Below, in pieces: positions 1-12,568 of a stretch of DNA of 64,000 bases (position 1 is the stretch's first letter; every line of letters starts with the position of its first letter). The stretch is from Trichoplax adhaerens. Taxonomy: Eukaryota; Animalia; Placozoa. The stretch covers positions 62,001 to 126,000 of the forward strand of contig NW_002060948.1 of assembly GCF_000150275.1 (NCBI RefSeq), written 5' to 3'. The position numbers and the translations under genes were made by a program. The notes beneath the pieces are model-generated. The model saw only the letters and a list, made by a program, of their open reading frames with translations, ran no database searches and had not been told where the DNA came from.

Positions 1-29
1 TGTGTCTATTTCACTTCTTCCGATTATAG

Positions 30-914
30 ATCACGGAAGCCAGATAATTTAATACAGGACTACATCGATGAATTGATCGATCAATATGATCATGTAGGAA
101 TATTTTTGCTTTATAATGACATCTGTGAATAGATTTTCTTACATCGGATATACCATAATTAGGCATTTGAACGTTAATTGGAATGAATAGCGTAATCTCG
201 TTGCTTTTTTTGCAGTATTGTTAAATTCTTATTACCAGCAACTTCAAGTTTGCTCGCAATGAAACTCGGTCACGAATTTATCAACCATTATTATTTACTT
301 TCGAGTGTCTCTGATTGTTTGCCATTTAGGTTATCGATATATTTCGTAAAGAACCAAAGGGATATATAAGTAAAGCTGCAGTTCTAGTATTAGCAAATAA
401 ATGGACTGATGCAAGGTTTGTCGCATTTTTAGCTATTGACTCTTTTAAGGCATTGTATAGAAAAATTAGTATATCTTTGGAACTAATAGCTTATATAATT
501 ATTAAGGGGACACCTTAATAAATAAGGGAGCTCTTTTACAAATTGCATTTCTATATCTTACTGATTATTATTAATATCATTTTAGATTAACTTTGGGTAA
601 AGGTCTTATGGTATGCAGCGACAAAGACGAAATAAGGTTTAGATTCATATTCTACATGCCTATTTATTTGTAACGTTAAATGTCAAATATAGCTATACGT
701 TAGAAAAGATAATCTATCCTAGCTGCTGGATGAAATGCTGTAAAGTCAGAGCTAACTGTTGTATAAAATTGATAGGGAAGCTCTAAACCGATTGAATCAC
801 GTATTTCGAGAAACTGAAAGCGTCAAAACATCTTCCAATAGACTGAATTACTATAAGCGTAAGGAAACGTCTAGTTTACCGACTGTTAAAGATGAAGAAA
901 GTGTTGAAATGTAA
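30..914 (+). CDS. 3' end of an unidentified multi-exon gene (exons 30-93, 330-415, 586-636, 776-914)
   Basis: Four GT-AG bounded exons join in frame to SRKPDNLIQDYIDELIDQYDH-VIDIFRKEPKGYISKAAVLVLANKWTDAR-LTLGKGLMVCSDKDEIR-EALNRLNHVF...DEESVEM*. No family recognised; the 5' part lies outside the window. Confidence 0.65.
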
Positions 915-2405
915 TTTATTTGCAATCGGAATTGGTTGATATTGAATATTAGTATTAACTAAATGGACATGGAAGTACTCATCTATTTCTAAGATTACTT
1001 GTAATAGGAACTATAGATATTAATATTAGTATACCGTTACAGTATGGGAATACTTGGATTTGTATCTTGATTACCGTTGATTGTATCATATAGAATATTG
1101 AAGGTAAAGTTAGTAACTGATAGTAACTCCAGTTATCTAATCTGCACTATTTGATGATATACACATATTTGCCATATTGCAGGTAATTTATTCAAAGTTA
1201 TCGTATGCACGCTGCTGTATTACATGGCAGCTAATAAAAAATATTGCTATTAATATCTGTCATCTCTATGTAATTTACAATACATTATTAAATATTTATT
1301 TACCTATGCTGCAATATATATCTGTACTCATTATACGAATGCGACTCTTTCGCTTCTTTCACATGCGTGATTGAGTCCTTGTTTCGGTGTTGTAAACACA
1401 CACGCGCCCTTTATGGTATCGATAGCTGAAAAATCTATAAACAATGAGCTATCGTAGGCGTCAGGGAGTTAAAGCATACATTTTAGTCAGATAAATCAAT
1501 TACAATTTAGTAAAGTATGCCTACGCTTTTGCAGATTATACAACTAATGTAACTATTCATAGTAGAAAAGTATATTTTAAGGATATGAACTTCCTTTCGT
1601 TATCGCGTGATGATTCCAAAAAATTTATATCATATGACTACTAATATAGCAAAGCCGTAGATACGGATATAGTATTAGTATCATTATTACATGCATTATA
1701 ATTATTGAGAAAAATATCGTTGCAGGGTTTAAATTTATGAGTGACGAATTAAGCAAGTTTGTTACTAAACAATAATAAAAAATTTATTTTCGTAATTTTT
1801 AAATAGACAAATAACTCGTTATGTTTCATATAATAATAATTGCATTTCAAGTGCATAAATTACCAGTCTCGATGGTACTTAAATATTCTCCTTAAATTTG
1901 TTTTGACATTATTAATATTTATATAGTCGTGCTAAAGAATTCTTGAAATGATAATAATTATTGGAAATTTGATTAGTAAATGTATAAATATACTAGCTTG
2001 AATATAAAAAGTCCTTCAATTTATATTTATATATATGTGATATACATCACTTGTACTGGCCATGGTTATGATGTACTAAGGGACAATATGTTTGAGATTT
2101 AATTGTTACTATAGTATTTGATGTGATTTGTACATACGTGCTGTCGTAATTATAGACTACTAAGCGTACCAAACTTCTTTTCGTCTCTATCGTTATGCGG
2201 TTGGATAAAATTAAAATATAAAAATACCATTTTTCGGAAATTCACAAGACTACCTAGCATATTGATTGAGAAGTTACGGTTGTAAGCTCACAAAGGGCTT
2301 GTGGCTTCAATATTCACTGCATTGAATATATAATGCAATGACAGCTCTACTGAAATACGTGTACTGAAGGCTTGAATAGATGAAATCCAACTGCATAGAT
2401 AGCCA

Positions 2406-5400
2406 TTATTTCCACCGTATTGTCTAAATATTGTGAAAAATAATTCTTACATGGGCGCTTAACTATATTAACATTTTGGTATTACTGTACCTGTTAACAA
2501 AGAAAGAAACACAACAATATTTACCGGATTTACTAATGCTTGAGCAGCTACTGAATAGGCAGGCGAATTTCTCTTTATTTTTGTACAGTACTCTTCTAAT
2601 TCGTCGCGGTTTCGAAGAGAAATGAGGCACTGTGTAAACAAAATTGAAGACGGTTAGAGAACGATAAGATATGACAAATTTGATTTGTATGTTATTATCG
2701 TTCAGTTTATTTTGGACAGACAACCTAATGCAAAGATAAATGCTAACTTACCTCGACGGCAATAGTGTGATACCGGAATCGCTTAGCTAAATCATATCTG
2801 GCAGTCACATTTTCGATATTTTTTAGGTACTTAGTCGCGGTCTAAATTTTAAAAATTTAGAGATTTTATTTTAAAAATAAAATATTTTAAGGGAGGTGGC
2901 CTGTGTCTGTCACAATTTGCATACCTCTTCCGATGCTTTTGCACTAACTAATGCTTGTAAGATGGTTTCGTTTGGTGTCGAGGATTTTGAACCAAAGTTG
3001 AAGAATTTACTCTATAAAAATTTCGATACATTTTAATTTATTAAAATTTAGTTTGCGTACCACGCTTACAACGGCTGTTGGTAATCACACTACTTAAACT
3101 ACCTTAGTTTTATTAAAATTTTCAATATATTGGAGCTGATCAGTTTTCACATAAGCATCGACAGTTGCCATAATAAATTGCCTCTCTGTTAACTAAAAAA
3201 TACTGAGATTATTAAATCACCTTGACAATAATAATTCATAGAGTATTGTACTATAATAAACCTTATTCTCCTTATGAACCGAATGTGGGCTGCTGAAGTG
3301 ATCCTACACGAAATTAATAAACGTAGTATAAATTAAAAAGTACGATTTCAGATAGAATTAAACATATCACGAACTTGTGGCAGGCTGCTATGATATTTTG
3401 CACAATAGTTCAAAGTCTTAATTAAGGAGTGTTCAAATATTGATCCAGTGGGTGGATACTTGACCAGCATTTCATTAGATTCTCCAGAAATTAGTACACT
3501 ATCTTGAGCCTGTAGTAAGTTTTTTGCGTATTTTAATAATATAACAAAAAGAAGATGTGTTAGATCACATGCTATAGTTTTTGACTATCAAATTTATAAA
3601 TAAAGTACCTCAATCGATATTTGGCGTTTTATCAGAGAGCATTGCTGGCTAACTATTGCACTAAAAACTGACAATTGTCTGTCATATTTGAATTCTCTAA
3701 GGAGGGAAATAGCAAACCCGGTTATTGGATCTTAATATAGAAAATCAGTGGCATATAAGAACTGGTAGAATATAATATATTGAAATATACTTTTTAAGCT
3801 CTTCTAAGTTCTGGATTTTAACCTGAGGATCTCCACCAACTAAAGCTAACTTATATTTTAAAGCCTAAAATGTAAATCTTATATATTATTTTACTAGACA
3901 ATGTTATTGATCCAAATGCAATAGACAACCATGCTACATGTAGTTACTTACGGCAAATTCTTGGGTTCGACCTAAAACACTGCGTAAAGTTACATAAGAA
4001 GTGAGTCATAGTTAATAATAGCACGAAAATATAACCGAAAAATTTCAAGAATTTTCATGTGCACCTGTACATATCAATTAGATCTTTATGTTCCGATGCA
4101 ACTTTTAGATAATGTAAATATTGATCTGTTGCAACTGGATGGTCCTTTAACTGATGAATAAATAGATCTAAAAATTGAAGAATATCAGTATATTTATATG
4201 TAAGCATAAAAGCTGCATGCATCTGATAAGTTAGATATAGTAGAAATTGTACCTTTTCTAATAGTCCTTTTCAAGAATAAGGTAATCTTAAATTGAATAA
4301 TACTCAATCAATTTGGTGATAATAAGTTTTCTATTACAATATGCGGGCATAATTGCAGACGCTAATCAATTATTAATGTACTGTAATATATAAAAATACA
4401 TACAATTAAAATGGCATTTCCATCATCCGATCTTATCGCTTCTTTTAGTAGAGCAAGTTTATCATTCATATCTTTATACCCATCAAGAAAATAAGGCTGA
4501 AAATAAAAATTATAGCTATTACAGAATTATCATTGAAAGTCTATGTATAATACATATACATACGCAAATTACTTGAATGTTATGCTTAAACTATTATATC
4601 ATTCTTAAGAAAGAAAGAAATACCTGGCCAAGTACGATTTTTTTTATTGTCTCTTTAACAGGAGGGATGTTATTTTTTTCCCATTTTAAACGCTGTTATG
4701 GGCAGAATTTAAATGTTAACTTAATGGATTAGTAACACTTCGACACCTAAACTAGTTTATGTTACCAGCAGTTGCTCTCGAAGACGTCGAATTTCTTTTG
4801 TAAGCATGTCCTCTTTAGATACCGTCACTGCTAGCACAACGGGCTGCTTTATGAGTTTATCGTTTGGAGGTGCTTTAGAATAAACGGTTTAAGTTATATA
4901 AATTCTTCTTAATTGGAACAAGACAAAATTAAACATTTACTAGTAAATTTATAGCAGCATACCATTATCAACGGCTTGTGTTGTTACAGCTCCTGTTACA
5001 GCAGAAGAACTACGATTTCTGGTAACTTTATCTGTCTTTCCAATAGCTGTTTTTATTTTTTTCACTGTAGCACTTATTCGTTTGCCTTGAGATTTAATAG
5101 TCGTGGAGGATGCGGAAGTAATAGAAGAAGTAGATGAACTCGAGCTCAAGACAGGTAATTCACCATTAGCATCTGTATCGGCACGATTAGGTGCCTGATC
5201 AGCAGGTGATTGAATAGAGCTTTTTAGCCTTTCCTCTTCAATCGGCGCGTGATAAACAACAATAGGATGAGACGAGGACATTTCTAGGTGATCAGGCGCA
5301 AGAAGTACACCATTAATGCTAGCTTTCAAGTATACAGAATCTCGGTGAGTAGCAAACCAAGTTTCCAAATTTATATTATCCGGAATTCCTATGATTCTAC

Positions 5401-6997
5401 CAACCCAGCGTTCGTAGGCATTTTCGGGGTTTGACATATTCCTGCAGCCTTCATTATGCAATGATGAAACGGATAACTGGGATAATGACGACGATGACTC
5501 TTCGCTCAAGTTATATCCATATACACGAACAATATTATCGGATACTGTTGCGTTAGAAATTTCAATTTTCTTGCTATTGCCAACAACTAGATATCTTAGT
5601 GTCACATTTTCATTGATCAGTTTTTTCATATACAATTCGATTGAGGACGTAGGAACATTCGACCATAATCCTCGAACTTTCGCCTCAAATTTTTCCACGC
5701 TCTTACCGTAGGCTTGCAAATCGTCCTTTCCAGCAGATTTTACTTCATAGTATTGGATTTGTTGCGCTTGTTTAGCGTCTATATTTAGTGTGAATGAGAC
5801 ATAGTATGCACGTTGTGTCTTTTGATAGCGATAATTATCTGGGTATCTTTTGACATCATCAACAATAATGAATAAATCTCTATTATTAATTGCTTCTTCC
5901 AACACTTTCTCTTGAGATCCGGATAAATTGTTAACTTTTCTTTCAAATTTCTGATAAAGGGAATTATTTGCAAAGGAAATTTGGTAGTCTTCTGGTTCAA
6001 TATTATTTTCGATGTATGTATTCTTTCCTGGTTTTTCAGAATTAGCATTCAAGTCTAGATAATGTGGGCATTAAGAATTAATATAGACGCAGTTTATTTT
6101 AGGGCAATACGTACAATCCGATTTTATTAGTATTAATTAATTAGAATCAGCAAATTTATGCCATAGTAAACTCAGTTTATCTAAAAATATATCTATATTG
6201 TGATAACCCTAGGTACACGGCACAAATATCTATGCCAAGTATTGCCAACATAATATTGACAGCAACGAGGTATAATAACTTACTTTTTCGTCCAAATATT
6301 GTTGAAAAATTTCTCCGTTTGTCACCGCTGGTCTCACTACTTTTCTCTGTATCAATGTTGGTAGTGGACTTACTTTTTGCGATTATATTATTATCGGCCT
6401 TGTTGATATTTTCTGCAGCTATTGTATTGATTTCTTGTGAACTAGTAGAAGTCTGTCTTGTTCGCTGTATTTCAGTATCATAGTTCGTTGGTTGTATTCC
6501 AGCATTATAATGAGCAATTTCTGATAAGCTAACACTATTACTGATATTCGCGGGAATTGAATTAGGATGCGGCGAGGGTTTGCTAGTGCTACTATCTACC
6601 TTTGTTTTAGAGGCCTCTTCCTTTACTTTAATGGTTGATCCTTTAGAGTTGGCGGTTTTCTCAGTACTCAAAAACGACAAATCATCCGCAGTATTATCTC
6701 GGTTAATACCAAACTCAGCAAAAATGTTACCGATATCGCTTTCATCGCGAAAGAAATCATCCGTAAGAGCTTCGTTCTTTTCTTCAGAGAAGCTGAGTCA
6801 TAGAAAGGTAGCAATGCAGGCAAGTCAGTAAACTGATCAAAGTTAGGAGATATAGTGCGTAAAAAGTAGGACTATTTTATTTACTGAACTGTATAATTGA
6901 TATTTAATTAAGCTTACAGTAATAACATACATAGAATAAATTAATTCGAGCGATTAATAAAATACTAGTACCTTTCGGCTAGTAAATACTGATCCAT
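2406..6997 (-). CDS. VIPAS39: VIPAS39 / SPE-39 (VPS33B-interacting protein) homolog, about 17 exons, with a large extra exon at 4963-6054
   Basis: Spliced translation gives RLKWEKNNIPPVKETIKKIVLGQ-PYFLDGYKDMNDKLALLKEAIRSDDGNAILI-ITLFLKRTIRK...LIKRQISIE-AQD...KTLNYCAKYH...FSSPHSVHKENK-LTERQFI...YDLAKRFRYH...TIRWK*. This matches recalled human VIPAS39 motifs ([48 protein letters not shown]). The start at 6997 (MDQYLLAES) is tentative and the gene may extend further upstream. Confidence 0.88.
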
Positions 6998-9026
6998 TGC
7001 AAGTATCGCATGTACGTATGCTAATTCATTAATTAATAAATAAATTTTTTGGATCAAAATCATCTCAATTTACTGTAATTACTTGATCAAGAGACATTTC
7101 GTGATATCGTGCCATCTAAAGTGGTTATTGCTAGGAAATAATTTGATTCCTATGCCTTTCTTAATGGATAATATCATAGTATTTAGGGAATAAAGCGGTA
7201 ATTGACATTTCAGAGAAGATCAACAATATAAACATTTGGTGCAAACGCAGCAAGTTCAAAACAAAACAATATTGCTTAAGGAGTATCGGGTGTTCCAGTT
7301 GTATTATTGCTGAAATATCGTGGTTACTTTTATAACTGTCGGCGTAATTATAACACAGGGGTAACGATATTCACTGTTGGCGAAGATTGAATCGATGCTA
7401 ATTCAAATACATTACATAACAGTGATTTGATATGAACAGCATAACCAAACATGTTGCAAAAGCTAACCTGAAAGAGGCCATTTCTGAAGTTAGAAGGGAA
7501 GGATTTGCCCTGCGCATGCTTGTATTAAAAGTAGTCGTTGGTACGGTAAGTCACTAAAACAGCGTTGCTGTCCTATACTGTAGACTGTTTCTATTTTCTT
7601 TCTCTTTAGCGCTTACGCTAGGGGACTGTTGGGCTGGGATTGTGTCATGGGTGGACTACGCATGACAGCGCTGGAGTATGCTAAAGGTAAAAGCCTATAT
7701 TTGACCATATGGTAGGTAGACTGTTACTGTACTACCAGGGTCTTCGTGTTGTGCAGGCCAAATTAGCTCAAGATTATAGTTATGCGATAGAAAATTTAGA
7801 ACTAATCTTGCGACTTAATTGGCAAGATCAATACAATCATTCTATAACTAGTTGTATACAAAGGATAAGTTTCACTGTAATAATAATAACGATACTCTGA
7901 TTACAGCTAGATAGTTCTTGGTAGTGGAAAACGAACCTAATTTATATATATTAAAAGTCAAAGTTTACGAACTGGAGTTGTTGCTTTATTACTTTGAAGA
8001 TACTTTATCGCAACTAGTTAGCAAGCAGCGATTGAGCAGGATACTGATGGTTACGATTAGCATAGACTACTATAATTCACTGCTATCTAATAGTCCATAC
8101 CACTGTACTAGAGAATGCTCCGAGCAGTGATTGAGCCATGATACATTATCCAGAACATCCTGTATGGTTGGTTGTTAATTAATTAATGTATATTTAATCG
8201 GATTATAACTAATTATCGTATAAATTAATTACGTATGGACAGTTTTTACATATATTTTTGTTTCCGAAAGGCCCTTCCAATTAGATTGCAGGCAGTAAAA
8301 GGAAAATTTGACTGTAGATGACAGTAAAGAATGATGGTGATTGGAAGTGTTTTAGTGTAATTGCATTGTGCGCTTTGCTGAGTTTTTTGCAATTATAATG
8401 AACTAATTAATAGAAAAAGCGCTCATGTGCTCCATATAAAAGTATATTCTATGAACATGATAATTAATATAGACAAAACAATACGGTAATTATATCGCTA
8501 CTTCAAATTTAAATTGAAACTGCCTTTATTGGCTGTAGACTGTATTGTTTATAGCGATATTTTCTATAGAGGGTGGGTGATTTGTTCGTATTAATATCAG
8601 ATAGAGTTGATAGAATACTGGAGATGGAACAAAACGATAATTATATCGTCAGTTTAGACTAATTTGAGCAGAAGTCGATAATACTGTTTATAGCGGTACT
8701 TCTTGAATGAATGAGTGCTCTGCCCATATTAATATGAGACATTTACAAATGACCATTTCTTTATTTATTGGATAAAATAGACAGAGTAATGCTTAGCGCA
8801 GCGAATGATTTATCTTGTCGTGTGTGCTGTTTTACTTTTACCATTGCGAGTATCATAATAAAATGTTAAATTTAAATTGCAATTTTGATCAATGAATTAT
8901 AATCATACGAGCTTGTCTTATAAAATTATTACATACGCATTACTCGTAGAATGTCCTGCTTCGTGATACTTGACGTAAAATATAGTAGATTTTATAATAC
9001 TCTAACATCAACATCAGTAACCCTTA

Positions 9027-9985
9027 TTACCTTAAGGTATTCTTATTGCCAATTTTGGTTTGTGTAGCTGGAGGGTTAGCGGTTACAACAGTAAAGGGTA
9101 AATAGAAGCCTTTGGGAGCACGGTTAATACCGTCATGATCAGGATATCGTCGAATTCCATCAATAATTAAGAATAACTGCTTATGCCTAATGGCCTCCTG
9201 CGTACCTTTTTCCCAAGATCCTTTCAGACTGTAAACCTTCCTTTCAAAGTATGTATACACCATACCGTTTTCAAATATCATTTTTCCATTTTTGGGTTCT
9301 ATAAAGTCCTCAATGTATGGGACACTAGCAGAACTATTGTAATCAATATGAGAAGCAATGCTTACAGCTTTACCATGACTTTGTGCAGCTGCATCAGAGC
9401 CAGTCATAGATTGGTAACCGTAGACACAAGTGTAATTTTTAAGGGGAATGAAGCCGACAGTTTGGATAGCACAACCTTTTCCAATATGGATTAAAGCTAA
9501 TTTTGAACCTTTCTTTGATATTAGATGCTTAAGATATGATGTTCTCTGATCTTTTGGAATCACAGACGAGATTCCTTTCACGAAACCTTCGATTCTTTCC
9601 ATCAATTTTCCAGATACTAGCTCAGTTCCAGCAGAAGATATCCCATAATAGGATAGCTGTTGCATAATCTCCTCGTCAATATTGATCGTGAATGATACAT
9701 AATACCCTGAAATACCTTTACTAAAGCCGAAATTATCCGGGTATTTCCTACCATTATTGATAATTAGATATAGCTGATCGTTTTTAACAGCTACTTCCGT
9801 CTGAGATTCCCAAGAGCCACGTTTCAAATTGTAAACCTTCTTTTCATAGTACTTTACTACGGCATTATCTATAAATTTTATGCTGCCGTCATCAGGCTCG
9901 ATATAATTATCGATGTATATGCCATTTTCAGCGGATAATCTAAATTGTAGGACATTTGTAACAATGATGTATTAAATAAGATAGC
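9027..9985 (-). CDS. Large coding exon/ORF made of an unrecognised repeat domain, paralogous to the VIPAS39 extra exon
   Basis: The open frame extends upstream of the listed ORF (LSAENGIYIDNYIEPDDGSIKF...YYEKKVYNLKRGSWE...). It contains two copies of YI(D/E)xxIEP...(Y/F)E(K/R)KVYxL...LxLIIxxxRxYPD...YxxFT and aligns clearly to ORF 4949..6052. Exon boundaries and gene ends are uncertain. Confidence 0.7.
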
Positions 9986-11329
9986 TGTTACAGTTAATAA
10001 TTTTCATTTAAGGAGAAATTTATATCACCATCAACAAATTTATGTTCGCTACGTAGCGATAAATTCTGAAGTATCCTAGAAAAGGGTTATTCATGGGCTG
10101 CTCGAGAGAGCATACTGCTTGCGAGTTGCATCATTTGGTACAATAGAGAAGTATGATAAGATAGTTAAGGTTAATTATACATTGGCTATGACTAGCTATG
10201 ACCATTCATCGTAATTGAAGGACTAAGAGTTGAAAAAAGAGTTTATTTGCTGACATGTGTGTTAAGTTCATGAAGTTCAATTATTTTTCGCGTTTATTGT
10301 GAGTAGGCCAGGTATTAAACAGATTTGCAATCAGCGAACATGACAGTTTCAGAAGGAAAGTAGTATGCAAACTTGCACAGTCTAATAAATAACGTTATTA
10401 AATTGGAATTTAAAATCTCCATACGCTCGTATATAATTAATGTGTAGTTGTATAGGGATGGAGTAATAATGAGTCGGAGTAAACACTGTATTTTCTTATT
10501 TTAGACTACCTTACACCCACCTTCAATTCTATAAACTGTAATAATATAGACTTTTATCTCTGATCAGTTTGTCTAACTTTATTGCGAATTGTGACAGTAG
10601 AGCAAAATAAGATATACAATAGTCGACCTTTTTACAATTGATGTAGCTAATTGGGCGTACGAGCATAATCCTATACGCGTATATTTACTGGTATCTGTCT
10701 TCTAATTGAAAGACTGCTGGAGTGGGATACTACCGTTAATCTATCCAATGAGCTATATGAACACTTGCAAGTAAAATTGACTTCGTTGCGTTGATTGACT
10801 TGGCTAGAATAATACGTAAATTAACAAAAGTGAACGTCCTAGAACGTTTAACATCTTAATTACCTATTGGAATTCGCCATCGCACATGGGCCTTTTTCTA
10901 TTTCATTGAGTACATGCACAAAATATTGCCTGTGAGTCAATATTATAACGATTTTCTTGGTGTTTTTATCACTCTATTACTCATAGACTGATTATGATTA
11001 GCATTAGCAGCATTTTGCAAATGGAATTGCGAATATTAGTAGCAGTTGTCTACTCCCCAGCCTTGAATGCCGAGGGCTTTACGAGTTTGAGCCCAGTGAG
11101 CACTCATTTGTCAGAGACATTGAACAAAGCATACCGAATTGCTGATACTATGCAAATATTTTCCTAATAAAGTATGCAGCAACATGTTATGCCTGTTCAA
11201 CCTGACTGGTCAAAAGCCAGAGTAATTTCTGTTTTTATTGACAACTGGCACACCATGCGGCTAATTAAGAGAGTACTAAGTTAGTGACTGATATTATAAT
11301 TAGTCGATGGTTTCCAAGGAAAATTTTCG

Positions 11330-12330
11330 CTTGTACAGTACAGTACAGTAGTGTACACTACTGTACTGTACTGTATACTGTAGAGTACTGGACGACTTAC
11401 TGTACAGTACTGTACTGTACAAGCGTTACACGGTACAATCTACTGTAATATGTACAGTACATTATACAGTACTACAACTATAAAGTACTGTACTCTACGC
11501 CAGGTTATAAAAAGTTAAAAGTTCTTTTTACTGTACTGTACGTGGTACTGACTGAGTTAGCCGTTGCTCACGTATGAGCATGGCTACTGTTGTACATGGT
11601 CGATTGAGCGACTGAGTCACTCAGTTTACAGCACATACAGTTTGTATGGTTAAAAACCTGGTCAAAAACAAAACATAAGAACTGTACTACTGTCTAGTGT
11701 TTGGTGAACTCATGGACTACTGTACATGTACTTTACTGGATGATTACCATGATTTTCTACTACTATCATAGTCTATCACTGTACCGAATTCTATGCTGCA
11801 TGCAGTCCCGGCATAGACGAGGTATGGTACTGTCCAATTTGTAAACGTCACTGATTTTCTACTGTACAGTGTACAGTACTAAAACCTCGAAAACCTTTGT
11901 GACTGAACCATAGTGATTGTAGCCGCGTTTCACACTGTGCGAGATTACGTACTGTACACTGTACACTCGACCTGTTAGAGATTGGAGAACCGAACCGGAC
12001 AAACTGACTGACTTTAATCGGTTCGTATGCGATTCGAACCGAACCTCTGACAGGTCTAGTGTACAGTACGTGATCTGGCAGTGTACAGTACAATACTGTA
12101 ATTCGATGTGAATGCCAGTCTCACCTGTCCAAACCTACAGTACATTGAGTACAGTAGTACTGTACTGTACTACATCACAGAGAGTATAGTGCGCTCAGTT
12201 TTGAGTGCTGCATACGCTATACACTATAGTAAAGCACGGCTGTTTGCGAGACTACTGTATTACCGTACAGTACATACTGTACCATAATTGGTGAATGAAA
12301 TCTGCCCTACCAGTACTGTAGACGTCTCCA
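11330..12330. promoter_or_regulatory. TACTGTAC/GTACAGTA-rich divergent promoter region upstream of SCFD1 and the minus-strand gene(s)
   Basis: Dozens of GTACA/GTACT pentamer units with locally higher GC and CpG, lying between two divergent gene starts. Promoter function is inferred from position. Confidence 0.55.
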
Positions 12331-12568
12331 TTTTGTGCAAGGGTGTTCAACAGATTCTTTACAACGGCCGGATAAAAGAATCTTCTACTAGCCATTTCTT
12401 CTATTCAGACGAGTCCATCGTGCTGGACCGTTCTGTACAAGTATAGCTCGTTGGTAACTTGTAAATCATCTGCTTGGCTGTTGTATCATCGCACTACAGT
12501 AAGGGTAGAAATACGACAACAATCGGAATCACTTCACCTGCAGAAACCACATTGTAACACCAATCGTG

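Noticed and set aside
5785-9494. Overlapping or antisense ORFs (5785..6048, 6232..6483, 6580..6831, 9183..9494)
   Set aside because: They are shadow frames of the longer real coding exons. The hydrophobic tail of ORF 6177..6680 is read-through into an intron after the donor at 6284.
11848-12093. 81-aa ORF in the SCFD1 upstream region
   Set aside because: It lies in repeat-rich promoter sequence and has no recognisable protein features.
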